From a virus (taxonomy: Duplodnaviria > Caudoviricetes): a stretch of 64,000 bases of DNA. The notes under the pieces were generated by a model. It was given only the letters and a program-made list of their open reading frames with translations. It ran no database searches and was not told where the DNA came from. The translations under genes were made by a program, and so were the position numbers. The DNA lies in IMG/VR virus record IMGVR_UViG_3300020049_007105, positions 1 to 64,000 of that record; one strand, 5' to 3'. This document shows, piece after piece, positions 20,836-29,696 of the stretch (the first letter of the stretch is position 1; the number at the start of each line of letters is the position of its first letter).

Positions 20836-21312
20836 TCAGAAGTCCTCGAATTGATCTTGGCCGTAAAGCGTGTAGAGACAAGCGAGCTGCAACTGGGCGT
20901 CAGAGTTCGCCTCAGCCCAGAGCCACGCCCTCCTAAGGGCCTTGAGTTCGGCGGCTGTACCCGGTGCAGTCATTCCCGGCCATCCGGTGGGAGACCCGGA
21001 GTTCGCCCTGTCTAGCTCGGCAAACCAGCCATCCCTGGTGGTCAGGTCAGGCTTAGCGGGCTCTTCAGTTACAGGAGGGTCGATCTGGTCAGCCTCGCGT
21101 CGCAGAATCTCAGCGCTCTCTCGGTAACCATCTCCGTACATATGGCTCAGCATATCGGATGCCGCCCTCATCTTGACGGCATCACCAGGACCAGCCGTAT
21201 TTCTGAAACTTCTCTCGGCAATCTTTCCCAGTGTGTACGAGATAGCCTCGCTAGTTCGCACTAGAGCGGAGTACACCTGAAATGCTTCCTGGTGGGTGAT
21301 TGGTTCGGTCAT
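20836..21312 (-). CDS. hypothetical protein, first gene of the leftward operon
   Basis: AAGGAG RBS; lies directly downstream of a sigma70-type promoter. Confidence 0.6.
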   Translation of the reverse strand: MTEPITHQEAFQVYSALVRTSEAISYTLGKIAERSFRNTAGPGDAVKMRAASDMLSHMYGDGYRESAEILRREADQIDPPVTEEPAKPDLTTRDGWFAELDRANSGSPTGWPGMTAPGTAAELKALRRAWLWAEANSDAQLQLACLYTLYGQDQFEDF

Positions 21313-21345
21313 GTAGGACTCCTTGGTGGTTGGACGAATGAGGGC

Positions 21346-21374
21346 ACCTTACGCGTACCTCGACACCTCGTCAA
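21346..21374 (-). promoter_or_regulatory. sigmaA/HrdB-type promoter driving the left arm
   Basis: TTGACG-N17-TAAGGT on the minus strand. Confidence 0.6.
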
Positions 21375-21384
21375 CTCTGACGCC

Positions 21385-21400
21385 TGTGACGTTGGTCACA
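21385..21400. promoter_or_regulatory. CRP/GlxR-type palindrome
   Basis: TGTGA-CGTTGG-TCACA, exact TGTGA-N6-TCACA, in a divergent promoter gap. Confidence 0.55.
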
Positions 21401-21463
21401 TCTAGTTCGGCCGGATACCTATAGGTACGATATTCATAGGGAATCTCTAGAGAGGAATATCAC

Positions 21464-22639
21464 ATGAGCTGGTACCTGGCTGCCGCACCAAAGACTTACC
21501 GTTCTCAAATTGACATCAAGTTTCCTAACCGAAACAAGTCTTGGGACGGGACTATAGGGGATGCCGAACACTCTTCACGCTCCTCGGACCACAATCCTGA
21601 CAGCGATGGCTCTGTAAACGCCCTTGACATCACCCATGACCCTATCAAGGGTGTGGACTGTAGTCAACTTGCCCGTGAAACCGCTGAGCTGATGAAGACC
21701 GACTCTCGTATCGAGTACGTCATCTGGAACTGGCGGATCATCTCTCGGCAACGCCCAGTTTGGCGTGCCTACACTGGGAAGAACGGTCACACGAAGCATT
21801 GCCATATCTCATTCACTCATGGACCTGGAGAACGAGACGGCTCTCCATTCAACCTGCCGATGCTTGGTGGGGCTCCTGGGGTTACTGTTGTCCAGAAGGT
21901 TGCTAACAGCGAGTATCCAACCCTCCGACAGGGTTCCAAGGGTGACAAGGTTAAGCTGTGGCAGCAACTCATGGGCGCCAAAGTTGATGGCGAGTTCGGT
22001 CCTGCCACTAAGGCCGCTACCGTCAAGTGGCAGGCTGAGAACCATCTGAAGGCTGATGGGGTGGTTGGTAATGCTACTTGGGGCCTCGCCCTTCAGAAGA
22101 TTGCCGCTTGGACTAACTCTGAGAAAGCTAAGGACTTGGACACCAAGAAGTATCCGGCTTTGAAGAAGGGCTCTAAGGGTGAGCAGGTTAAGCTTTGGCA
22201 AAAGATTGTCGGCGTTAAGGCTGACGGAGACTTCGGAGCTAAGACTGACGACGCAACCAAGAAATGGCAGGCTGGTCAGCATCTGAAGCCCACTGGTGTT
22301 ACTGATCCTGTTTCCTGGACTATTGCCCTGGATGTTCTTGGTCGATTCTTGGAAGCGGTAGCTAAGCAGGATCAGGCCAAGAAGTCTTTTGATGCTCGTG
22401 CTAAGGCCGCTGGTTACACTGCCGCTAAGTACCCGAATCTGAAGGAAGGTTCCAAGGGTAAGTCTGTTGAACTTTGGCAGCAACTTTCGGGTGCTAAAGC
22501 GGATGGCATCTTTGGTCCTGCTACAAAGCTCTACACCATCAAGCTTCAGCGTGATAACAAACTGAAGGATGATGGTGTAGTTAATAGGGAAACTTGGGTT
22601 GTGGCTTTGGAACTTTTAGCTAAGTACCTTAAGGGTTAA
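21464..22639 (+). CDS. endolysin: zinc-peptidase-like domain plus three peptidoglycan-binding repeats
   Basis: SDHNPD...ALDI...H..H.HISF; three YP.L..GSKG..V.LWQ....A..DG.FG..T repeats. Confidence 0.85.
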   Translation: MSWYLAAAPKTYRSQIDIKFPNRNKSWDGTIGDAEHSSRSSDHNPDSDGSVNALDITHDPIKGVDCSQLARETAELMKTDSRIEYVIWNWRIISRQRPVWRAYTGKNGHTKHCHISFTHGPGERDGSPFNLPMLGGAPGVTVVQKVANSEYPTLRQGSKGDKVKLWQQLMGAKVDGEFGPATKAATVKWQAENHLKADGVVGNATWGLALQKIAAWTNSEKAKDLDTKKYPALKKGSKGEQVKLWQKIVGVKADGDFGAKTDDATKKWQAGQHLKPTGVTDPVSWTIALDVLGRFLEAVAKQDQAKKSFDARAKAAGYTAAKYPNLKEGSKGKSVELWQQLSGAKADGIFGPATKLYTIKLQRDNKLKDDGVVNRETWVVALELLAKYLKG

Positions 22640-22782
22640 CCTAGACCCTCGGCACTAAGCCGCTTGTTAACTTCATGATAAGAGAGCCCTAGCATTCGTG
22701 CCAGGGCTCTCTTGCTTGCACCCTTGATGTAAAGGTAGGACAGAATTGCCTGCTTGGTTTCTTCAGCCGGTGATTCTTCCAT
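22636..22782 (-). CDS. 48-aa helix-turn-helix protein (not in the ORF track)
   Basis: Translated by hand as MEESPAEETKQAILSYLYIKGASKRALARMLGLSYHEVNKRLSAEGLG*; ATG overlaps the upstream stop (TGATG). Confidence 0.65.
   Translation of the reverse strand: MEESPAEETKQAILSYLYIKGASKRALARMLGLSYHEVNKRLSAEGLG
22680..22713 (+). terminator. lysin terminator hairpin
   Basis: AAGAGAGCCCT...AGGGCTCTCTT stem between convergent transcription units. Confidence 0.6.
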
Positions 22783-23861
22783 CAGTCGCCAGCTTCAATA
22801 TAGCGAATTTCCTTAGGACCATTGTTGGTCAGGATACAGAAGACCTGTGCGGCAGGTGAGTACCCCATATCGTGGCCTCGTGCATACTCATCGTAACCTT
22901 TAATGGAATCGTTAACAATGAATCCAAGGTCGTAAGCCTCGTACACGAGCCGGGAATGGTAGTGTCCAATAAAACACCAGTCCGGGTACACACCGCTCTG
23001 GGTGCTGCGGATACGCTGAAACATCTTGCCGATTGACTTGATGAGTCCTGGGGCGAGACCGGAAACACCACCACCGGACGCACGGAGGTTGTCACCATGA
23101 ACAGCAACGTAAGTCTTGTTACCAACTTCGTAGATGTATTCGGGAGTTTCGGAGACCTCAATCGAAACACCACTGGAGTCTTCGAAGGCCGACTTGATCC
23201 ATGAATACATAATCCAAGAGAAAGACTCCTGGGCACGCTTCTTGAACGGGGTCTTAAGAGTGTTGCGGTCATGGTTACCGGAGATGCAGGGCACGATCAC
23301 GTTCTTGAAATTCTCTTCAAGGCGCTTGATGTGTCCGATCAACTGGTTCGTCCAGTAAACAACGGTTTCCATGGTCGTGTGCTCGTTGGTCTTGGCCAAC
23401 TCCTCGTGAATGTCACCAGAGATCATGTCTCCACCAAGGACGCAGATAAAAGTGTCCGACTTGTAGAAGGAACTCTTAGCTTCACGGATCGCCTCATCAA
23501 ACACCTTGTCGAGGCGGCGAGTAGCAATTTCACGGTCATACCGGTTGAGACCATTCATCTCATTGCTGTTGATCGTCTCATCAAAATGAGTGTCTGAGAC
23601 GAACAGGTGGGGGACACCGAAACCATCCTTAACAGGAATCGTCAGGCGCTCCTTCTTGGAGCCTTCTGAAGCAAGACCCTGGTAGCCACTCAGCAGGGCG
23701 CTAGCAAAGGTGCGAACCTCGTCCATCTCAGAGATGAGCTTCCCGTTAGCCAAACTGAGCCCACGAATCTCATTAGTCTTGGCCGCAGAACGGTTAGTCA
23801 GTTCTGCTACCCGCTTAGTGAGGTCTTTGATTTCCTGCTCTGGACTGGTCTCACCGGTCAT
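22782..23861 (-). CDS. calcineurin-like metallophosphoesterase with N-terminal coiled coil
   Basis: SDTH, GGD, SGNHD, HGD and GHYH motifs. Confidence 0.85.
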   Translation of the reverse strand: MTGETSPEQEIKDLTKRVAELTNRSAAKTNEIRGLSLANGKLISEMDEVRTFASALLSGYQGLASEGSKKERLTIPVKDGFGVPHLFVSDTHFDETINSNEMNGLNRYDREIATRRLDKVFDEAIREAKSSFYKSDTFICVLGGDMISGDIHEELAKTNEHTTMETVVYWTNQLIGHIKRLEENFKNVIVPCISGNHDRNTLKTPFKKRAQESFSWIMYSWIKSAFEDSSGVSIEVSETPEYIYEVGNKTYVAVHGDNLRASGGGVSGLAPGLIKSIGKMFQRIRSTQSGVYPDWCFIGHYHSRLVYEAYDLGFIVNDSIKGYDEYARGHDMGYSPAAQVFCILTNNGPKEIRYIEAGD

Positions 23862-24338
23862 ATTCACGCTCTTCCATTTTTTCGGAAATGTTACCAACAA
23901 GGCTACTCAGGTACTCCACCATGAACCGCAGGGACCCGTCAGAGTCACTATCGGATTCAGTGGTCAGCTCGTATCCGGCAGAATGAAAGTAAGCCTCACC
24001 CTCATGGACACCCAAACCGAACTCTTCACTTTCAAAGTAGAGAGGTTCGCCGTCTTCGATAGCCTTGATCTGCTCCAGCACCAATGACGCCTCTTCGACC
24101 AAATCAGCAATGGACTCACCGGAGTAGTCAAAATCTGATGTATTGATGACAACAGATGTCTCAGGCAATGCCATATCACCGAACAGTTCATATTGAATTG
24201 CATCAATATCAGTGACGGTAATGTCCAAAGCCAGTGGTGCTCTATGTCCTCCGCTGAACCTCTTGGACTCTTCAGACCTCATTGCCTCTACAAACGCCCC
24301 CAGGGCCTCTGTGAGCGGCGGTTGGCTCCAACGGGTAC

Positions 24339-24767
24339 TCATGCCCCACTCGATCCAAGACCACCGTTAGAACGGCTCTCAGCGGACTGTGGGCATGTGT
24401 TCATTGCAGCGGCATAAGAGAACACGATCTGAGCGATACGGTCACCGGGGTCAATCCAGAAAGTGGCGGGACCGGAATTGTGAAGAATGACTTGGAGTTC
24501 CCCTTCATACTTATTGTCAATAATGCCTGGGGCGTTCAGCACAAAAATGCCATGCTTGGCTGCCAAACCAGACCGCGAGCAAACCATTCCGAACATTGAG
24601 CCTGAGGGCATTGTAACGGATACGCCAGTCTTAATGACCTTGGTTTCTCCTGGGTTTAAGCTGGATATTTCTGATGCAGACAAGTCCCACCCAACATCAC
24701 CGTGATGTGGCGATGTTGGAAGAACTGCACCCTCAGACAGTTTATTAAACACTACTTCACTACTCAC
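24339..24767 (-). CDS. dut: trimeric dUTPase
   Basis: GWDL, RSGLA, GIIDNKYEG, GDRIAQ, RSNGGLGSSG. Confidence 0.95.
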   Translation of the reverse strand: MSSEVVFNKLSEGAVLPTSPHHGDVGWDLSASEISSLNPGETKVIKTGVSVTMPSGSMFGMVCSRSGLAAKHGIFVLNAPGIIDNKYEGELQVILHNSGPATFWIDPGDRIAQIVFSYAAAMNTCPQSAESRSNGGLGSSGA

Positions 24768-25045
24768 TTACTTACCTCCGTGGTGTTTTTTGAATTACCG
24801 GAACTTGGTTCTACTTTGACAATCTTGCCTGAACGGTGCCACGCCGTGCGGTACCCAATGTAATTGGTGCCAGGTACGACGACCCCACGCTCTTCAAGAG
24901 CGACCTGGGCTTCAGCCAGGGTGAGCCCTCCCAAGAACTCACTCTCACCCATTTGGTGGTAGATCGTTTCAACGCTAAAGGTCCTGTTGTCCATGTACTA
25001 GAGCATAGCACCTTTAGCGCCGAAACGCAAACACCAGTATAGGAT

Positions 25046-27808
25046 TTACCGAATTGGGCAAACCCCGGTCGCACAAGCATCAGCCGTGTCCAGTTCAGAG
25101 CCTTCGCCACGCTCAAAAGCATTAACCACATCCACGTCCAACATGGGCTGCAATGCCACCATCATGTCATACTGGGCCTCAGTGATTTCCTCATACGGCG
25201 CCAACTCATAGTTGCCGCCATCATGGGCGAGGAACGAGACGGCCGTGAAGTCATCCCAGCCGTCAAACACAATGCTGGAAGCGTCATCCCACTCGTCAGA
25301 CTTAACCGAGATGGTATTGCTCGCATTATGCTCGCAATAGTTCCGCTGGAACATGAAGTAGGTGTCCAACTGGCCCTGAACGCTGGAGTCATGCCGGTTA
25401 GCTGTGGGCGAGTGAACGGGGAACTCCACAACGACTGTACGGGCGTTCTCCATGCGCTCTTCATGGGTAGCACCAGGGGTACCCACCTCAGGCTTAAGAT
25501 CGAAGCCAGACGCCCTCAGGCCCTCAGCAACAGGGTCGTGAGAGGAGATGCGGATGCGACGAATGTAGTACTCGGCAAACGGATCGTGAACACCGGGTGA
25601 AACACCACCGGCAACCAGAGACAGCGTGCCTTCTGGCTTAACAGTGGTCACGAGCAGTGGACGGTTAACACCAAGCTCATCAGCGTAAAGGTCGGCTTCG
25701 TCTCGGGCAACCTTCTTAAGGATTTCGAGAAGGTTTGCTTGGAACTCAGGGCCAGCACCAACGGCAGCCATTGCATCCTGCCAACCCGTGAGAGAGAGGC
25801 CCAACAGGCGATCCCTCTGCTGAACTTCATCCCACGCTGGAAGCTCTAAGGTGGGCATTGTCATGCGGAGACCAATTCTTGCGGACATCCGCTGAGCTTT
25901 CTCCAGCTCAAACAGGTCAATGCTGTCATCCTTGACGAAAGCAGCCACGTTCACGGTGGTCAGGTTACAGACGCCCTTGGAGTCCAACAGGATTTCTGCA
26001 CACGGGTTGAGCCCCATGTTCTTGGCAAGCTCACGAATCTCTTCACCGGTAGCACTCTCACCGAGACGGCGTGAGGCAGCCTCATAAAGGTTGATAAACC
26101 CAGGCTCACCCTCAGACTGCATCAGCTCGAAGACGAAATTCAGATACTCCTTGGATGGCTTGTCAATGAAACCAATGCTGTTATTACTCATGCGGCGGTG
26201 ATGGTGCGGACGGCCGGGGTTCATGAGGACAGCATTCACCAGATTGATTGGCTGCTCCTCCATGTCGCTGGCAAGCATCACGGCACCATCTTCAAGCTGG
26301 TAGTGCCGAACCTTAATATCTTCCCACCAGCCAGGCAGTGGAACCCCAGCGGCAATAGCGGCCTCTTCAATTCGGTCCAGCTTGTCAAAACCTTCTTGAC
26401 CCCAGATACCGTTGATACCGAACTTGGCGAAGATCGACTCGTAGTCGTCAGGATCACAGATAAAGATTTCCGCAGTCCGTCTAACACCACCGACCACAAC
26501 ATTATTCCCGATGAAGTTACCAATGTCCAAAACATGGACCGGACGAAGATGAACGTAGTCTGAGTTGTTCAACACACCGGAGGGGCCAAGACCATCGTGG
26601 TGATAGAACTCACCAGTGATAATCTGAGTGATCGCTTCAAACATCTCAATGAGGGGCTGTGGGCCAGATGCTCGACCACCAAAAGTCTTCAGCTTCTCAC
26701 CTGCTGGGCGCACGTTGGACACATCAAGAATGATTCCGACTTCACCGTCAAGCCATGTCTGAGACAGAAACTGGAAGTAGTAGGTGAGAGCCTGAACCCA
26801 ACCCTCCTTGGAATCACCAACCACGATAGTCAATTCGTTGTCGTCACTGATATGGGTCTCGGTGAACTCAATGCGGTCTTCCGTGGCAGCTGGAGAGTTT
26901 GTGCTTGAATAAGAGATGTTTCGGTACAGCGGTGCCAGCTTGTTAGCCATTTCAACCGAGCAACGAAAACCAACACCAGTTCCCACCATCAGCATATAGA
27001 ACAGGTCCGAAAGGTCACCCCAGCTCTCGGTCTTCGTGTAACTACAGTTCTTGGTCAGAACGCCATTAAACAGAGCAAACGTCTCGGTCTGTGGCTCCTC
27101 GACACACCAAACATCTTCGGTCTCATAGCTGTTGTAATGCTCCTGGACAACCCAGGGGCTATCAATTAGCGGTTCGCCGTTCATCTCTGCAATGGCCAAC
27201 TTATCACCTTCATTGAGGTTAACAGTAGTACGCTCAGCCCGAGAATCATCACCGTTAGTGGTCAGCCAGCGATGATTCTCGGTAGTGCGAATGGCAATAG
27301 ACTTACCTTCACGTTCCATGCGAAGAATAACAATCTTGGCTGGACCGAAGTTGCGAACCTTCGCCTTAACCCACATGCCCGACTCATTGAGAACCTTGAC
27401 CTTAGCGCCGTCCTTAAACTCATTGAATGACTTAATGCCACCACGAGTCATGAACTGGGTGTCGCCAGTGAAGCAATTGAACTGACTGGTGGGGTGCTTT
27501 TCGGCTGCACCAGATTCTGCCCCTCCAACCCACATGGTTCGTCCAGAGGGAAACTGGTTCAGATTGTAGACCGAATGGAACATTGCTTGAGCTTCAAACT
27601 TCTTGGCTTCAAAAGTCTCGCGGTCACCAACCAGGCCAACATTGTAGTTGGTCGCCCGTGCAACAGCTTCCTTGTAAGTCTCACGGCGTTCAGAGCCTTC
27701 TTCTCCAACAACTCGGCTGTAGGTCCGAAGGAAGGTGAACTTTCCAAGCTCGGTCATGTGCTCAGGGAAATCGCTGTAGTTGTTGAGGAATTCGTTGTCA
27801 AGGTACAT
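25046..27808 (-). CDS. nrdJ: class II (B12-dependent, monomeric-type) ribonucleotide reductase, intein-containing
   Basis: FLRTYSR, PSGR..W, FN/CS, VVVGGVRRTA, NPCAEI, TTVKPEGT, C-terminal CATGVCPIR. Confidence 0.92.
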   Translation of the reverse strand: MYLDNEFLNNYSDFPEHMTELGKFTFLRTYSRVVGEEGSERRETYKEAVARATNYNVGLVGDRETFEAKKFEAQAMFHSVYNLNQFPSGRTMWVGGAESGAAEKHPTSQFNCFTGDTQFMTRGGIKSFNEFKDGAKVKVLNESGMWVKAKVRNFGPAKIVILRMEREGKSIAIRTTENHRWLTTNGDDSRAERTTVNLNEGDKLAIAEMNGEPLIDSPWVVQEHYNSYETEDVWCVEEPQTETFALFNGVLTKNCSYTKTESWGDLSDLFYMLMVGTGVGFRCSVEMANKLAPLYRNISYSSTNSPAATEDRIEFTETHISDDNELTIVVGDSKEGWVQALTYYFQFLSQTWLDGEVGIILDVSNVRPAGEKLKTFGGRASGPQPLIEMFEAITQIITGEFYHHDGLGPSGVLNNSDYVHLRPVHVLDIGNFIGNNVVVGGVRRTAEIFICDPDDYESIFAKFGINGIWGQEGFDKLDRIEEAAIAAGVPLPGWWEDIKVRHYQLEDGAVMLASDMEEQPINLVNAVLMNPGRPHHHRRMSNNSIGFIDKPSKEYLNFVFELMQSEGEPGFINLYEAASRRLGESATGEEIRELAKNMGLNPCAEILLDSKGVCNLTTVNVAAFVKDDSIDLFELEKAQRMSARIGLRMTMPTLELPAWDEVQQRDRLLGLSLTGWQDAMAAVGAGPEFQANLLEILKKVARDEADLYADELGVNRPLLVTTVKPEGTLSLVAGGVSPGVHDPFAEYYIRRIRISSHDPVAEGLRASGFDLKPEVGTPGATHEERMENARTVVVEFPVHSPTANRHDSSVQGQLDTYFMFQRNYCEHNASNTISVKSDEWDDASSIVFDGWDDFTAVSFLAHDGGNYELAPYEEITEAQYDMMVALQPMLDVDVVNAFERGEGSELDTADACATGVCPIR
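27047..27475 (-). mobile_element. 143-aa mini-intein in RNR
   Basis: Starts CFTGDT; block B TTENHRW; block F VWCVEE; ends VLTKN followed by Cys+1; no endonuclease domain. Confidence 0.88.
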
Positions 27809-27961
27809 AGAGGGGCCTTTCAGGCAAAGTAAAGGTTTGATAATTAACTAGTGAGATAGATATCGGGTCGCTTTATCTGAAGTGGATTAACCTCGGGGGG
27901 AATATGCTGGCACCCGTAGGGTTGTCAGATTCTCTTACTTTGTTTTGTATATGAGAATCTC

Positions 27962-28279
27962 TCAAGCGTAGGAGTAACAGCTAATTAAACCGTTGTCAGC
28001 CACCAGTAGGAACGGTCCAATCTTGAGATGGTAGCCATCCATATCATAGGTGTCGGGCAATTCTTTCTGAAGCCACTCTGGGCTCATTAGGGCTTGATCT
28101 GAATACGCAGCAATCTTATCCCCGACTGCCACAACTCTACCACTAGTGGTATTAATCTGGCTGAGCTGGAGATCACTGTCGGCGTAAACGAGTGACCTGA
28201 TTCCATCACATGCCTCCAGGGATGGCCAGAATAACTCTTTGTTCTCATCGGTCACTGCGACTATGGGTGTTTCATCCAC
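27962..28279 (-). CDS. hypothetical protein
   Basis: ORF directly left of the symmetric locus. Confidence 0.45.
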   Translation of the reverse strand: MDETPIVAVTDENKELFWPSLEACDGIRSLVYADSDLQLSQINTTSGRVVAVGDKIAAYSDQALMSPEWLQKELPDTYDMDGYHLKIGPFLLVADNGLISCYSYA

Positions 28280-28405
28280 TGAACTACGTCCAAACGGTCG
28301 CTGTGGACCTATTGAGGTTAAGGTGCTTTCGGGAACCCTCCATCTTACACTCTAAGCGGCTCTATAACAATTGGAGCGTGTGTGACGTGTGTCATAGCCT
28401 GTACC

Positions 28406-29240
28406 AATAAAGTGAAAGACAGTTCCACGTATCGGCCCAAGCGTTCACGCGTGGTGGGTACCACTCTCCGACGCTCCATGTGTCAAGGGCTCTGTGGTGT
28501 ATTTTGCAGTCGGCGCCAGCCGATCTGCTGTTTGAGCGTAGCGAGTACGAGGGCGTAGCCCGAGGGGTTCGTAGCCGCAGGCCGAACCCGTGTCAGTAAC
28601 AGTTAGGAGACAAGGATCAGGAGAGACAGAACAAGAACTAAGCAGGAACCTACGTCAAGCGCAGTGTGTGTTTAGGTAGTACAACCCCGGATTCCGATGG
28701 TTTATTCCAACTAATTCAAATTCTTTCTGTGACGTGGGTCACAATCTCGAAATCGACCCCGGTCTGTACGCCAGCTTGCTCTTTGATCTGGCCAGCAAGG
28801 TCAGGGTCAGTCAGTGTCCAGATGAACTGAATTCCTTGCCAGTACAGCACTGTGACGAACGACACATCAGTAATTTGAAATAACGGGAATAAAGTGACGG
28901 GATTCGGTGTTTTACTACTTATTACATCCACACGCTCGACGTATGTTCCCACACAATATTACTCTCCTGACTTTACTGCCTCTCCTAACTCTTACTGTAT
29001 GGGTTGCGGCTGCGCCTAGCAACCCCTCGGGCTGACGCCCTCGTCCCCTCCCCGGGTCGGCTGGCGCCGACCGGGGAATTGAATAAAGAACAACGCAATG
29101 GAACGCCTGCACTGCGACGACCGGGACTCAGCGGTGCGAACCTACAGCCGGTGTCCACTTACGAGAGACGTGGTGACTGGTCACAACTACAGACGCCACC
29201 CACGATGGGGGCTAAGCATGGAACTGTCTTTCACTTTATT
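28406..29240. repeat. ~835-bp degenerate inverted duplication, putative bidirectional replication origin
   Basis: At least eight nested reverse-complement blocks, including a perfect 22-mer at 28406-28427/29219-29240; lies at the coding-strand switch. Confidence 0.8.
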
Positions 29241-29323
29241 TCGGTTAGACAGAGAGGGCTTAAGTCTAAGAATTTCGATCTTGTAGTAGAACACATTTGG
29301 CCTAGAATTCTGGAGAGAACAAC

Positions 29324-29629
29324 ATGAGCGCTATCACTCTTAACCCACTTATCATTCTCGCTATTGGCTTTGTTGCCCCGCTGCTTGTTGCATTCCTGAC
29401 TAAGGAGAGTGCTTCTGGTGGCATCAAGGGCTTCCTGATGGCCTCCCTGGTTGCTCTGGCAACGATCATTGAGACTATCGTTAAGGAAGAGCCCATTATC
29501 ACTCAAGAGGTACTGGCTAACGGTCTAGCTGCATGGCTGACTGCCGCTACCGCTTACACGACTCTGCTCAAGCCATCTGGCGCCACTGAGGCTATTGCCG
29601 CCAAAACAGCAGAAAAGGGCGTAGGGTAG
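29324..29629 (+). CDS. holin
   Basis: 101 aa with 2-3 hydrophobic segments (APLLVAFLTK...IKG.L...L..L), typical actinophage holin layout. Confidence 0.65.
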   Translation: MSAITLNPLIILAIGFVAPLLVAFLTKESASGGIKGFLMASLVALATIIETIVKEEPIITQEVLANGLAAWLTAATAYTTLLKPSGATEAIAAKTAEKGVG

Positions 29630-29656
29630 CACGGGCAAAGTATAAGTAATCTATTG

Positions 29657-29696
29657 GTTTAGCGGGGAAGGCTTAGAGTTAGCTTCCTCGCTAAAC
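29657..29696. terminator. bidirectional terminator between holin and resolvase
   Basis: GTTTAGCGGGGAAG...CTTCCTCGCTAAAC stem between convergent genes. Confidence 0.6.

Noticed and set aside
27809-27961. Cobalamin riboswitch upstream of nrdJ
   Set aside because: Region is short and AT-rich with no B12-box consensus.
28406-29240. Invertible segment, MITE or protelomerase (telRL) site
   Set aside because: Symmetry extends through the interior with diverged spacers and no perfect central palindrome; no recombinase, transposase or protelomerase is recognisable in the window.
28716-29506. Short ORFs at 28716, 28915, 29004, 29098 and 29231 within or beside the symmetric locus
   Set aside because: No RBS or motifs and mutually overlapping; the sequence is fully explained by the inverted architecture.
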